Positions 1 through 8,895 of a stretch of DNA of 64,000 nt are shown in pieces. This DNA is from Bifidobacterium callimiconis (lineage in GTDB: Bacteria > Actinomycetota > Actinomycetes > Actinomycetales > Bifidobacteriaceae), in assembly GCF_003952005.1 (NCBI RefSeq), contig NZ_QXGJ01000007.1, forward strand, positions 29,841 through 93,840, written 5' to 3'. How positions within the stretch are numbered: the first letter of the stretch is position 1; each line of letters begins with the position of its first letter. The notes under the pieces are model-generated. The model was not told where the DNA came from. It made no database searches and saw only the letters and a program-made list of their open reading frames with translations. Both the position numbers and the translations under genes were made by a program.

Positions 1-465
1 TTCACCCCGTGGAACCTGTTCCCGTTCATGCCCGACGTGGACTACATCATGACCCGCGGCGACCGCGCCGGCCTGTACGCCTCCGTGATGACCTTCTGCC
101 GTAAGTCCACCGGCGCCATCGCCACGTGGGTTGCCGGCATCCTGCTCGAGTTCACCGGCTACAAGGCCGACACCATGAAGAGCTTCGACACCACGCCGCA
201 CAACGTGCAGGTGGGCATCGTGCTCGTGTTCTTCCTCGGCACCTGCATCCTGATCGCCTGGGCCCTGTGGCTGAGCCGCCACATCTACTTGGATCGCGAG
301 ACCCACGGCGTGCTCAAGGCCGAGATCGAGCGCCTTGAGCAGGGCGGCGACAAGAAGGACGTCAGCGACGAGGCCCGCAAGGTGGCCGAGGAGCTCACCG
401 GTCACCCGTACGAGAAGCTGTGGCCGGCCCTCGACAAGAACGGCCGTCCGATCGAACAGGTCTGA
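1..465 (+). CDS. GPH/MFS-type sugar:cation symporter, C-terminal fragment (gene starts upstream of window)
   Basis: Translation aligns with the C-terminus of the paralogous transporter at 16489..18012 (…GLYASVMTF.RKST…A. .GILLE/LTEGGY…); charged C-terminal tail; stop at 465. Confidence 0.6.
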   Translation, partial: FTPWNLFPFMPDVDYIMTRGDRAGLYASVMTFCRKSTGAIATWVAGILLEFTGYKADTMKSFDTTPHNVQVGIVLVFFLGTCILIAWALWLSRHIYLDRETHGVLKAEIERLEQGGDKKDVSDEARKVAEELTGHPYEKLWPALDKNGRPIEQV

Positions 466-642
466 CGCCCGCGAGACATGAGCCGCGAATGGCAGCAGTC
501 GTTCGCGGCTCCTTTCATATGCATTCCATAGCCGAACACTCCATAACCGAATAGTCAAATAACTGAATACACAACTGAATACCGACCAAATAGAAAACCA
601 ATCGGGAACAATCGATCCCGTCAATCCGAAAGAGGCAATGCA

Positions 643-1077
643 ATGGCGCAGATCATTCTGTACAACGAGAAGATCGACAAGATGGTGTTCATCCAGGCCG
701 AGATCAACGACGGCAAGGTGACGTTCAGCGGGCTTGACCAGGCCGGCCAGCTCGACTTCGCCACGCCCGCCGACCAGATCGAGCCGACTCTGGCCGCGCT
801 GACCGAGGCAAACACCTTCGTGCTCAACGAGGGTCTCGACGGCAAGTTCAAGTCCATGACCTACGGCGAGTGGGAGGCCCTGCGCTGCGCCCAGGCCAAC
901 GCCGGCATCAAGGCCAAGGTGGACGAGCTGTCCGCCTCCGACGAGGCCAAGGCCGAGATCAAGGGCTTCTTCGACTCCTTCACCGACTCGATGACCGTCA
1001 AGTACATCCAGGGCAAGCGCTCCTGGGGCCAGATCTACGACGAGCTCTTCGCCGACTTCTCCAAGCTCGCCAAGTAG
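643..1077 (+). CDS. hypothetical cytoplasmic protein (144 aa), function unknown
   Basis: Clean ORF with AGAGG RBS upstream of ATG; followed by a perfect 16-bp palindrome and a second hairpin plus T-run (terminator); no recognisable motif. Confidence 0.5.
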   Translation: MAQIILYNEKIDKMVFIQAEINDGKVTFSGLDQAGQLDFATPADQIEPTLAALTEANTFVLNEGLDGKFKSMTYGEWEALRCAQANAGIKAKVDELSASDEAKAEIKGFFDSFTDSMTVKYIQGKRSWGQIYDELFADFSKLAK

Positions 1078-1080
1078 CGA

Positions 1081-1170
1081 GTGGTAGGGGCTTGCGCTCC
1101 CCACGTCTTCTATCCATAGCGGCCCTGTGACGGCGTCCTCCCGATCCCGTCACAGGGCCTTTTCATTTTC
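1081..1170 (+). terminator. tandem hairpin terminator (perfect palindrome ggggcttgcgctcccc; then ggccctgtgacgg…ccgtcacagggcc followed by TTTT)
   Basis: Inverted repeats read directly from the sequence immediately after the stop at 1077. Confidence 0.6.
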
Positions 1171-1198
1171 CCCTCTATGCTCCCAGGCACCCCTCTCC

Positions 1199-1250
1199 GT
1201 GCTCCCTCTTGGGGAGGGAGCTGGCCGGCGAAGCCGGTCTGAGGGAGGGC
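1199..1250. repeat. family-A palindromic intergenic repeat unit (gtgctccctc…gagggagggagctggccggc…gccgg.ctgagggaggg)
   Basis: Same ~50-bp nested palindrome recurs >15 times in the window. Confidence 0.8.
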
Positions 1251-1671
1251 TCCCGGCGCATCCCAGCTCACTCTTCATCCACTCCCACAAAGAGTGCGCC
1301 AAAAATCACAACATCCAACACAATCGCACTCGCCTAAAACGGCTTATTTCCAACGATTCTCATGAAAAAACGAACATGGCCTCCAGTTCACGGAACGGAC
1401 CTCCCCGCAAAGAGTGCGCTGGGATTATTGCCAAACCACGTCAAATGATGGCAAATCGTTGCCAAAACACCCGCTCATCGGGGAAGATATCAATATCCGG
1501 CAATGCAGCAAGCGGTCTGTGCCGACCGCAAGTCGCCTCTCGTAGCCTAATCACCTCCGACCGTGCCGGTCAGAATATCCTTCGTCCGGGCGACTCCACT
1601 CGAATGATTGACGTTCGACAACAACAAACAGGACTTCGCGGTTTTGATCGGTTCCGTGATGTGTGTGCCAT

Positions 1672-1709
1672 AAACCCGTCCGGCTTTTCCTTCCGCCGGA
1701 CGGGTTTTT
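1672..1709 (+). terminator. rho-independent terminator (aaacccgtccggc…gccggacggg + TTTTT)
   Basis: GC-rich 10-bp stem followed by a T-run; ends a ~400-bp non-coding, lower-GC stretch. Confidence 0.6.
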
Positions 1710-1745
1710 CATGTTCGGCGTCGGGTGCAAATCCGTCCTCAATTT

Positions 1746-1762
1746 TGGAAAACGGTGGAAAA
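1746..1762 (+). promoter_or_regulatory. TGGAAAA-N3-TGGAAAA direct-repeat motif (site a)
   Basis: tggaaaacggtggaaaa; a possible -10 (tatagt) lies ~25 bp downstream. Confidence 0.4.
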
Positions 1763-1871
1763 TATGGGGGATAGGTGGCGCTATAGTGACCGTGAAACTG
1801 TTGGCAACACTTGATTTTGCGAATCGGGACACAACGTTGTGATCCGCTTCACAAAAAACAGCTTCAAAAAA

Positions 1872-1888
1872 TGGAAAACGGCGGAAAA
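1872..1888 (+). promoter_or_regulatory. TGGAAAA-N3-(C)GGAAAA direct-repeat motif (site b), upstream of the GH31 gene
   Basis: tggaaaacggcggaaaa. Confidence 0.35.
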
Positions 1889-2060
1889 TGAAGTCCGACA
1901 AAACCGGCGTCGCCGCAGACTGGAACCATCACGTGGTCATGCCCACCGCGACAACGACATCGCATCAGGCATCCTGGCCGCGCCATCAACAACCGCGAAC
2001 GATAACGAACGACGACGCATCGTCATCGCACGCGACAAGCAGCCAAGCAAAGGAGCCGTA

Positions 2061-4556
2061 GTGAAAATCAGCACCCTGCTCACCGGTCTGGAGAACCATG
2101 GCGATCACCTCGACGTGACCACCAACGGCGCCAAATTCCAGGTGTATCTGATCGACGAGAACATCATCCGCATCCGCAGCACGTTCAAGGACGAGTTCCC
2201 CGAGGAGCTCAACTACGCGCTCGTCAAGACCGCGTGGGCCGACGCCTCCGACGAGCTCATGGCCGGCGAGCGCACCCGCGTGGAGCCCATCGCCATCGAG
2301 CTGACCGAGCCCGAACCGGGCGTGCACGCCGCGTCCACCGGCAAATACACGCTGCGCATCCACACCGACCCGTTCGCATTCGAGATCGTGGACGAGGCCG
2401 GCAACGTGCTGCACTCCGACCTGCCCGGCCGCTCCTTCATGGAGGACAGCCTCGGCCGCCCCACCCACTACGTGAAGATGGGCGACCACAACTACTTCTA
2501 CGGCTTCGGCGAGAAGAGCGGCGAGCTCAACAAGATCCGCCGTCGCATGCGCATGCACAACACCGATTCGCTCGGCTGGGACGCCTCCAAGTCGGACCCG
2601 CTGTACAAGATGATCCCGTTCTACATCAACTTCGACGCCGAACGGAAGCTCACCCACGGCCTGTTCTACAACAACTCCGCCGACTCCGTGTTCGACATGG
2701 ACTGCGAGCACTCCAACTACTGGCTGCGCTACAGCTACTTCCAGGCCGAGGCCGGCGACATCGACCTGTACTTCATCGGCGGCCCGACCATCAAGGACGT
2801 GGTGGAGCACTACACCGACCTGACCGGCAAGACCGCGATGATGCCGCTCAGCTCCCTCGGCTACATGGGATCCACCATGTTCTACACCGAGCTCGACAAG
2901 GACTGCGACAAGGCTATCGAGGACTTCGTCGACACGTGCGCCAAGTACGGCATCCCCGTCGACGGCTTCTTCCTGTCGTCCGGCTACACGTCGGGCGAGG
3001 ACGGCAAGCGCTACGTGTACAACTGGAACTACGATCGTTTCCCGAGCCCGTCCGGCTTCGTCGAGGCGCTCGAGGAGAAGGGCGTGCAGGTGTCGCCGAA
3101 CATCAAGCCCGGCATGCTCAACACGCATTACCTGACCGACGAGTTCGAAGAGGCGCGCGCCTACGTGCGCACCGCCGACGATTCCGCCTCGCAGGTGGAT
3201 CGCTACTGGGGCGGCCCCGCGCATTTCGTCGACTTCACCAGCCCGGCCGGCCGTGCCAAGTGGAGCGAGCACATGACCAAGCAGCTGCTCGATAACGGCA
3301 TCCGCTGGATCTGGAACGACAACAACGAGTACGAGATCGCCGACAACGACGCCATCACCGAGGCCGAGGGTCTCAAGCGTCCGATCGGCGAGATGAAGCC
3401 GCTCATGAGCACGCTCATGGCCAAGACCGCGCACACCGCGATCGAGGCGTTCGACGCCGACGTGCGTCCGTACGTGACCAACCGTGCCGGCTACGCGGGC
3501 ATCCAGCGCTACGCGCAGACCTGGTGCGGTGACAACGGCACCACGTGGACCAACCTCAAGTACAACGTGCCGACCATCCTCGGCATGGGTCTGTCCGGCG
3601 TGGCCAATCAGGGCGCCGACATCGGTGGATTCGACGGCCACGCGCCCGAGCCGGAACTGTTCGTGCGCTGGGTGCAGAACGGCGTGTTCCAGCCGCGCTT
3701 CTCCATCCACTCGTGCAACACCGACAACACGGTGACCGAGCCGTGGATGTACCCCGAGTACACGCACTACATCGCCGACGCGATCCGTCTGCGCTACCAG
3801 TTGGCGCCGTACTACTACTCGCTGCTGCATGAGGCGTCCGTCACCGGCGCGCCGATCATGCGTCCGCTCGTCTACGAGTTCCAGGACGATCCGAACACGT
3901 GGAACGAGAGCTTCGAGTTCATGATCGGCTCCTCGCTGCTCGTGGCCAACGTGCTTGACAAGGGCGCCGAGTCCATCGACGTGTACCTGCCGGCCGGCAC
4001 CGACTGGTATGACTTCGAGACCCGCCAGTGGCTCGCCGGCGGCCAGACGATCACCGTGCCGGTGACGCTCGCCAGCATCCCGATGTTCCTGCGCGCCGGT
4101 TCGATCGTGCCGCAGTGCCCGGGACTGACCAACCTGCACAACCAGACGATTGACCACCTGACCCTGCTGGTCGAGCCGGGTGAGAAGACCGAGTTCGGCC
4201 TGTACGAGGACGACGGCGTGACCCGCGCCTACGAGCATGGCGACTACCTGAACACCACGGTCACCGTGAACCCGTCCGCCGACGGCGTGGACATCGACTT
4301 CGCCCGCGAGGGCGCGTTCGAGACCCGCGTGAAGACCATGGAACTCGAGGTGCTGTGCCGCCGCATCGCCCCGCTGAGCGCCGAAGTGGCCGGACGTACG
4401 ATCCCGCGCTTCCTCAACTACGACAAGTTCCTCGCCGCCGACGAAGGCTGGTTCTTCGACGGACAGACCCGCAAGGCGCTGGTCCGCTACGCCAACCCGA
4501 ACGGCGACTACCGCGCCAGCCTGGTCTTCAAGGCCAAGGATCTGGTCTCGATCTGA
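2061..4556 (+). CDS. glycoside hydrolase family 31 (alpha-glucosidase/alpha-xylosidase type)
   Basis: GH31 signatures (…IRWIWNDNNE… nucleophile region; …QTWCGDN… acid/base region; GFGEKSG…); RBS aaaggag then GTG at 2061; paralogue of 18107..20680. Confidence 0.85.
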   Translation: MKISTLLTGLENHGDHLDVTTNGAKFQVYLIDENIIRIRSTFKDEFPEELNYALVKTAWADASDELMAGERTRVEPIAIELTEPEPGVHAASTGKYTLRIHTDPFAFEIVDEAGNVLHSDLPGRSFMEDSLGRPTHYVKMGDHNYFYGFGEKSGELNKIRRRMRMHNTDSLGWDASKSDPLYKMIPFYINFDAERKLTHGLFYNNSADSVFDMDCEHSNYWLRYSYFQAEAGDIDLYFIGGPTIKDVVEHYTDLTGKTAMMPLSSLGYMGSTMFYTELDKDCDKAIEDFVDTCAKYGIPVDGFFLSSGYTSGEDGKRYVYNWNYDRFPSPSGFVEALEEKGVQVSPNIKPGMLNTHYLTDEFEEARAYVRTADDSASQVDRYWGGPAHFVDFTSPAGRAKWSEHMTKQLLDNGIRWIWNDNNEYEIADNDAITEAEGLKRPIGEMKPLMSTLMAKTAHTAIEAFDADVRPYVTNRAGYAGIQRYAQTWCGDNGTTWTNLKYNVPTILGMGLSGVANQGADIGGFDGHAPEPELFVRWVQNGVFQPRFSIHSCNTDNTVTEPWMYPEYTHYIADAIRLRYQLAPYYYSLLHEASVTGAPIMRPLVYEFQDDPNTWNESFEFMIGSSLLVANVLDKGAESIDVYLPAGTDWYDFETRQWLAGGQTITVPVTLASIPMFLRAGSIVPQCPGLTNLHNQTIDHLTLLVEPGEKTEFGLYEDDGVTRAYEHGDYLNTTVTVNPSADGVDIDFAREGAFETRVKTMELEVLCRRIAPLSAEVAGRTIPRFLNYDKFLAADEGWFFDGQTRKALVRYANPNGDYRASLVFKAKDLVSI

Positions 4557-4639
4557 GCGGATCGGATGGAGGGGTCGGGGTCCTCGTCGGAGCGGACTTC
4601 GATCCCGCTGTGGGGATTGTGATTTCTGTCGTAGTGGGA

Positions 4640-4765
4640 TCCCTCCCTCTGTCACGACTTTCGTCGTGACATCTCCCTCCCCTGGAGGGAGAACGAAGAT
4701 GTCGGGCGTTGTGCTCCCTCCAAGGGAGGGAGCTGGCGCGCGCAGCGCGACTGAGGTAGGGATCG
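4640..4765. repeat. family-A repeat cluster (long variant with outer ccctccctc…gagggaggg arms plus a short unit)
   Basis: Nested palindromes: tccctccctctgtcacgac…gtcgtgacatctccctcc and gtgctccctccaagggagggagctggcgcgcgcagcgcgactgagg. Confidence 0.8.
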
Positions 4766-4911
4766 CATCCTCCGCGTCGCAGTCAACATCGCAATCCGCG
4801 CCACACCGCACCCGCACGCTCATCAGAATATGTGACCCGGTCGGGCGGCAGAACCGCCAAGAACGCCGCCCGCCGGGCCAGAAAATGCAGTCATACATTT
4901 AGGAGAGAGTA

Positions 4912-6186
4912 ATGACTACGCAAACCACCGTAGGAGTCCAGCAGGACTCGAAGGCCGCCGAGCCCAAGTTCAACCTCGTGCGTTGGATGGCCGGCTACCT
5001 GGCCTTCTGGATCATCATGTCCATCGGCTTCGCCATGGTCAGCCAGGTGCTGCTGCCGCAGCGCATCAAGGACTTGGGCGCCGAAAACCCGACCGCCGTG
5101 CTCGGCACCATGACCGCCGTCGGCTCGATCGTCGCCCTCGTGGCGAACATCATCGTCGGCGCGCTGTCCGATCTGACCAAGTCGAAGTTCGGCAAGCGCA
5201 CCCCGTGGCTGTTCTGGGGCGCCTGGTTCTCGCTCGGCTTCTACTTCCTCATGGGCAACATCGGCATCATCGCCGGCCTGACGCTCGTGCTGTGGCTGAG
5301 CAAGATCGGCTTCAACATGATGAACTCGCCGATCTACTCCACCGTGTCCGACCGCGTGCCCGAACAGTACCGCGGCACCATCTCGTCCGCCATCGGCTTC
5401 GGCAACACGCTGGGCCTGGCCATCGGCGCGTTCGTCGGCTCCTACTTCGTCAACTCCGTGCGCTTCGGCTTCACCATCGCCGCAATCTGCATGTTCGTGT
5501 CCGCCATGCTGTTCCTGCTCATCATCCCGCGTGAGCCGGGCAACAAGAACGAGAAGACCGAACTCAAGGAAGGCAGCGTCTGGAAGCACGTCGTCTACTC
5601 CTTCACCCCGCCGGTCAAGGGCGCGTCCGACTTCTGGAAGGCGTTCTGCTGCCGTACCTTCCTGCTGCTGGCCATCCAGATGCTCGCCGGCTACTGGCTG
5701 TACATCTGCCAGGACTACATCGGCCTCGAGAAGAACGCCGCCGCCAAGGTCGTCTCCATGATCGCCATCTTCCAGATGATCGCCTCGATCGTGGCCATGA
5801 TCGTCGGTCCGCTGTCCGACCGCATCCACCGCCGCAAGCCCATGGTCGTGCTCTCCGCCTGCCTCGCCATGATCGGCTTCGCCGCCCCGATCATCATGCC
5901 GAACATCACCGGCATCTACTGCGCCGCCGTGTTCGTGGCACTCGGCCAGGGCATCTTCATGTCGATCGACCAGGCGCTGAACGTGGACGTGCTGCCCAGC
6001 AAGGAGAACGCCGGCAAGGACCTCGGCTTCATCAACGCGGCCACCACCGCCGGCCAGTCCGCGGGCATGGCGCTCACCTCCGCCATCGTGACCGCCACCG
6101 GCACCTACGACTACATCTTCCCGATCGCCATCGCGATGAGCGTACTCTCGATCATCTCGGTGCTCCTCATCAAGAAGGTCCGCTAG
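4912..6186 (+). CDS. MFS-family transporter (sugar/oligosaccharide permease candidate)
   Basis: 424 aa with ~12 predicted hydrophobic helices; AGGAGAG RBS; embedded in a GH31/esterase cluster. Confidence 0.75.
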   Translation: MTTQTTVGVQQDSKAAEPKFNLVRWMAGYLAFWIIMSIGFAMVSQVLLPQRIKDLGAENPTAVLGTMTAVGSIVALVANIIVGALSDLTKSKFGKRTPWLFWGAWFSLGFYFLMGNIGIIAGLTLVLWLSKIGFNMMNSPIYSTVSDRVPEQYRGTISSAIGFGNTLGLAIGAFVGSYFVNSVRFGFTIAAICMFVSAMLFLLIIPREPGNKNEKTELKEGSVWKHVVYSFTPPVKGASDFWKAFCCRTFLLLAIQMLAGYWLYICQDYIGLEKNAAAKVVSMIAIFQMIASIVAMIVGPLSDRIHRRKPMVVLSACLAMIGFAAPIIMPNITGIYCAAVFVALGQGIFMSIDQALNVDVLPSKENAGKDLGFINAATTAGQSAGMALTSAIVTATGTYDYIFPIAIAMSVLSIISVLLIKKVR

Positions 6187-6255
6187 TCAACACCATGCGC
6201 ATGGCTTCCCTCCAACCGAGGGAAGCCATCGTCGTTTTCAGGGAAAGGAGCGAAC

Positions 6256-7383
6256 ATGAACCAGCAGAATCCAACCGCGTCGCAGACTCCGTCTTCACCG
6301 ACCCCGCAGACGCATCTGCAATCCCAGACCATCACGCTCAACGAGGACCGCAACGTCACGCTGTCCGCCTACCTGCAGGGCGTGGGAGGCCAGTTCCGCA
6401 TCGACCGCCGACCCGCCGTGATCGTCATCCCCGGCGGCGGCTACCAGTACTGCGCCGAACCCGAGGCCGAGCCCGTCGCCCTCGCCTTCATGCGCGCCGG
6501 CTACCACGCGTTCGTGCTGCGCTACTCCGTCGCCGAACACGCCGGCTGGCCCAACCAGCTCGACGACTACGAACAGGCCATGTCACTCATCCGCGCGCAC
6601 GCCGACGACTGGGGCATCATCCCCGACCGCATCGCCGTGTGCGGCTTCTCCGCCGGCGGCCACCTCGCCGGCTGCGCGGCCACCATGTCCAGCCCCGCGA
6701 CCCGCCCCAACGCCGCCATCCTCGGCTACCCGGCGCTGCTCGCATCCTCCATCCGCGGCTGCGATCCCGCCGCACCCGATGTGGTCGACGCCGTCGACGT
6801 CACCACCTGCCCCTGCTTCGTCTTCGGCACGCGCGACGACGCGCTCATCTCCGTCAACAATCTCGTGTGCATGATCGAGGCGCTCGCCGACAACGGCATC
6901 TCCTTCGAATCGCACATCTACGCGTTCGGCCCGCACGGATTCGGCTCCGCATCGCCGAGCGTGACCGACGTGAGCAAACTGTCCGGCCGTGCCCGCCGCT
7001 GGCTCGACGACGCGATCGACTGGCTGAGTGAGATCTTCGGCACGCTCACATTGAACGGCATGACCGAGCCGCGCTGCCTGCCGCACGTGAGTGCCGACTA
7101 CGAGCCGTCGTTCTCGCTTGACTGCACGTTTGGATACCTGCGTCAGAACGAGCAGGTGGCCGGCGTGATGAAGCCGTTCCTCGACTGGTTCGACGAGCAT
7201 TACCTCGACGTGGCCGCCAGCATCGGCCCGGCCATGCTGCACATGGCCACCACGCAGGGCAAGCCCGGCTTCTACGCGCTCGGCGACGCCCGCACCATGC
7301 ACGAGATCCTCGCCAACACCCCGTTCGACAGCGGGTACGCCGACGATCTCGCCGCCGCCCTCGCCGCCATCGACAAGCGCTAG
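6256..7383 (+). CDS. alpha/beta-hydrolase fold esterase (acetyl-esterase/carboxylesterase-like) with ~110-aa C-terminal extension
   Basis: VIVIPGGGY oxyanion region; GFSAGGHLA nucleophile elbow (GxSxG); RBS gggaaaggag. Confidence 0.7.
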   Translation: MNQQNPTASQTPSSPTPQTHLQSQTITLNEDRNVTLSAYLQGVGGQFRIDRRPAVIVIPGGGYQYCAEPEAEPVALAFMRAGYHAFVLRYSVAEHAGWPNQLDDYEQAMSLIRAHADDWGIIPDRIAVCGFSAGGHLAGCAATMSSPATRPNAAILGYPALLASSIRGCDPAAPDVVDAVDVTTCPCFVFGTRDDALISVNNLVCMIEALADNGISFESHIYAFGPHGFGSASPSVTDVSKLSGRARRWLDDAIDWLSEIFGTLTLNGMTEPRCLPHVSADYEPSFSLDCTFGYLRQNEQVAGVMKPFLDWFDEHYLDVAASIGPAMLHMATTQGKPGFYALGDARTMHEILANTPFDSGYADDLAAALAAIDKR

Positions 7384-7454
7384 CCAAGCACCCCTTCCGG
7401 CTCCCTTCTCTGAGGGGATCTAGAGGGCTGACCGAGGGGAGCGTCGGTCTCATA

Positions 7455-7646
7455 CTGCGGGTTCGTATCGATATGCGCACAAACCCGCAGTGAACACCAC
7501 CGTCCGCTGCGGGTTTGTAATGACGCATATACAAACCCGCAGCGAAAGAGACTCCACACTGCGGGTTCGTATCGATCCTTGTGCGAACCCGCAGTAAAGG
7601 CTGCTACTCACTGCGGGTTCGTAATGGTGCGTGTACAAATCCGCAG
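7455..7646. repeat. periodic array of four 36-bp hairpin repeats (stem ctgcgggtt/aacccgcag) separated by three 16-bp spacers; period 52 bp
   Basis: Units at 7455-7490, 7507-7542, 7559-7594 and 7611-7646; stems conserved, 18-nt loops related but variable; lies between convergent genes. Confidence 0.85.
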
Positions 7647-7660
7647 CACTCCCACCCCTC

Positions 7661-8761
7661 CTACATCATCGCCGACGCAGGTGCCGCTGCGATCGAATCA
7701 CGCCGCACGAACTCGGACCGCATGCGGATCGGCGTCAGATCACCGTCCGACACGTGCAGCAGCCGATCAATGATGCGGTTCGCGGCCGCCGCACCCAACT
7801 CGCGTCGTGGCACGCGAATGCTCGACATCTTCGGCGTGCAGATCTCGCACTTCGGGGTGTCGTCGATGCCGACCAACGACACCTGCCACGGCACGCGCAG
7901 TCGATGCGCCTCCAGGAACAGCATGAATGCGTACGCCACGTCGTCGTTGAACGCGATCGCCGCCGTGGTCGGCCGTGCCAGATACGCGGCGAACGCCTCC
8001 TCCGATCGTTTTCCCACCGGATACGCGCACGGCGTACGACGGAATTTCAGCCCTTCGCGCTTGCACGCGGTGAGAATCGCGTTCGCGCGCAGTCCGTTCT
8101 GCCATGAACTGTCCGGACCGGGCAGATACGTGATCTGCTGATGGCCGAGCCGCTTGAGCTCGCGCACCGCGTCGGCGATGCTGTCTCCGTCGTCCGCGTA
8201 CACCGACTGCACGCCGCCCACGATGCGGTTGATCACGGCCAGCGGCCGCACCTGCGCCACCTTGCGGATCGTGGCGTCCGACAGCCTCGACGCGCTCAGA
8301 ATGATGCCGTCCACATGCGGGATGGTGCGTTTGATGATCGCCAGCTCGCTCGCCTTGTCCTCCTCCGTGTCGCACACCATGAGACCGAAATTGCGTTCCG
8401 CGCACTCGCGCTGGATGCTGCGCGCGAACTGCGCCGACACCGGATTCTCCAGATCGGTCACCACCAGTGCGAGCAGTCCGCGCAGATGCTCCTCCTCGCG
8501 CGGGATGATCGACTCGCTGCGGTATCCCAGCCGTTTCGCCGTTTCAAGCACGCGGCCCAGCGTCTTCACGTTCACGCGCGACGGCTGCCGGAACGCGCGC
8601 GACACCGTGGTGGGGGAGACCCCGGCCGCGGCCGCCACATCCCATATCGTCGCGGTTCTCGACTCCTGAACGCCGCTCGCATTCGCAACGTCGCTGTTCG
8701 CGTTGTCGTTCGTCACGCCATCGTTTGTCACGCCATCGTGTTCGCTATCCATACCCGACAT
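7661..8761 (-). CDS. LacI-family transcriptional regulator
   Basis: N-terminal HTH (ATIWDVAAAAGVSPTTVSRAF) plus periplasmic-binding-like sugar-binding domain; start chosen at MSGMDSEH; N-terminal GVTNDGVTND tandem duplication. Confidence 0.8.
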   Translation of the reverse strand: MSGMDSEHDGVTNDGVTNDNANSDVANASGVQESRTATIWDVAAAAGVSPTTVSRAFRQPSRVNVKTLGRVLETAKRLGYRSESIIPREEEHLRGLLALVVTDLENPVSAQFARSIQRECAERNFGLMVCDTEEDKASELAIIKRTIPHVDGIILSASRLSDATIRKVAQVRPLAVINRIVGGVQSVYADDGDSIADAVRELKRLGHQQITYLPGPDSSWQNGLRANAILTACKREGLKFRRTPCAYPVGKRSEEAFAAYLARPTTAAIAFNDDVAYAFMLFLEAHRLRVPWQVSLVGIDDTPKCEICTPKMSSIRVPRRELGAAAANRIIDRLLHVSDGDLTPIRMRSEFVRRDSIAAAPASAMM

Positions 8762-8782
8762 CGTAACCAATGGGCGCAGAAT

Positions 8783-8799
8783 TGGAAAATCATGGAAAA
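8783..8799 (+). promoter_or_regulatory. TGGAAAA-N3-TGGAAAA direct-repeat motif (site c) in the divergent LacI/MATE promoter region
   Basis: tggaaaatcatggaaaa. Confidence 0.4.
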
Positions 8800-8895
8800 T
8801 GAACGATGATTCGTCGGCACATGCGCCAATATGCTGTTGTAGGCCATGTACGGTCGTACCATTCAATGAGGAAGACGACAGCGCGGGAGGGAACC

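Noticed and set aside
1127-1774. 215-aa + strand ORF covering the repeat unit and the lower-GC non-coding stretch
   Set aside because: It is the translation of a repeat element plus an AT-richer region. There is no RBS or motif, and it ends inside a terminator hairpin.
1986-4898. 970-aa ORF on the minus strand antisense to the GH31 gene. Similar long antisense ORFs appear at 18104..20767, 23864..25999, 26983..28572, 28573..30201, 36589..37908, 38089..39549, 54867..56318 and 59000..60706.
   Set aside because: These are high-GC shadow ORFs with Arg/Ala/Gly/His-rich low-complexity translations and no recognisable motifs. Each overlaps a sense-strand gene with clear homology.
7455-7646. CRISPR array interpretation of the 36-bp repeat / 16-bp spacer array
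   Set aside because: The spacers (16 bp) are far shorter than any known CRISPR spacers. The repeats are palindromic with variable loops and are not identical. No cas genes or leader are present in the window.
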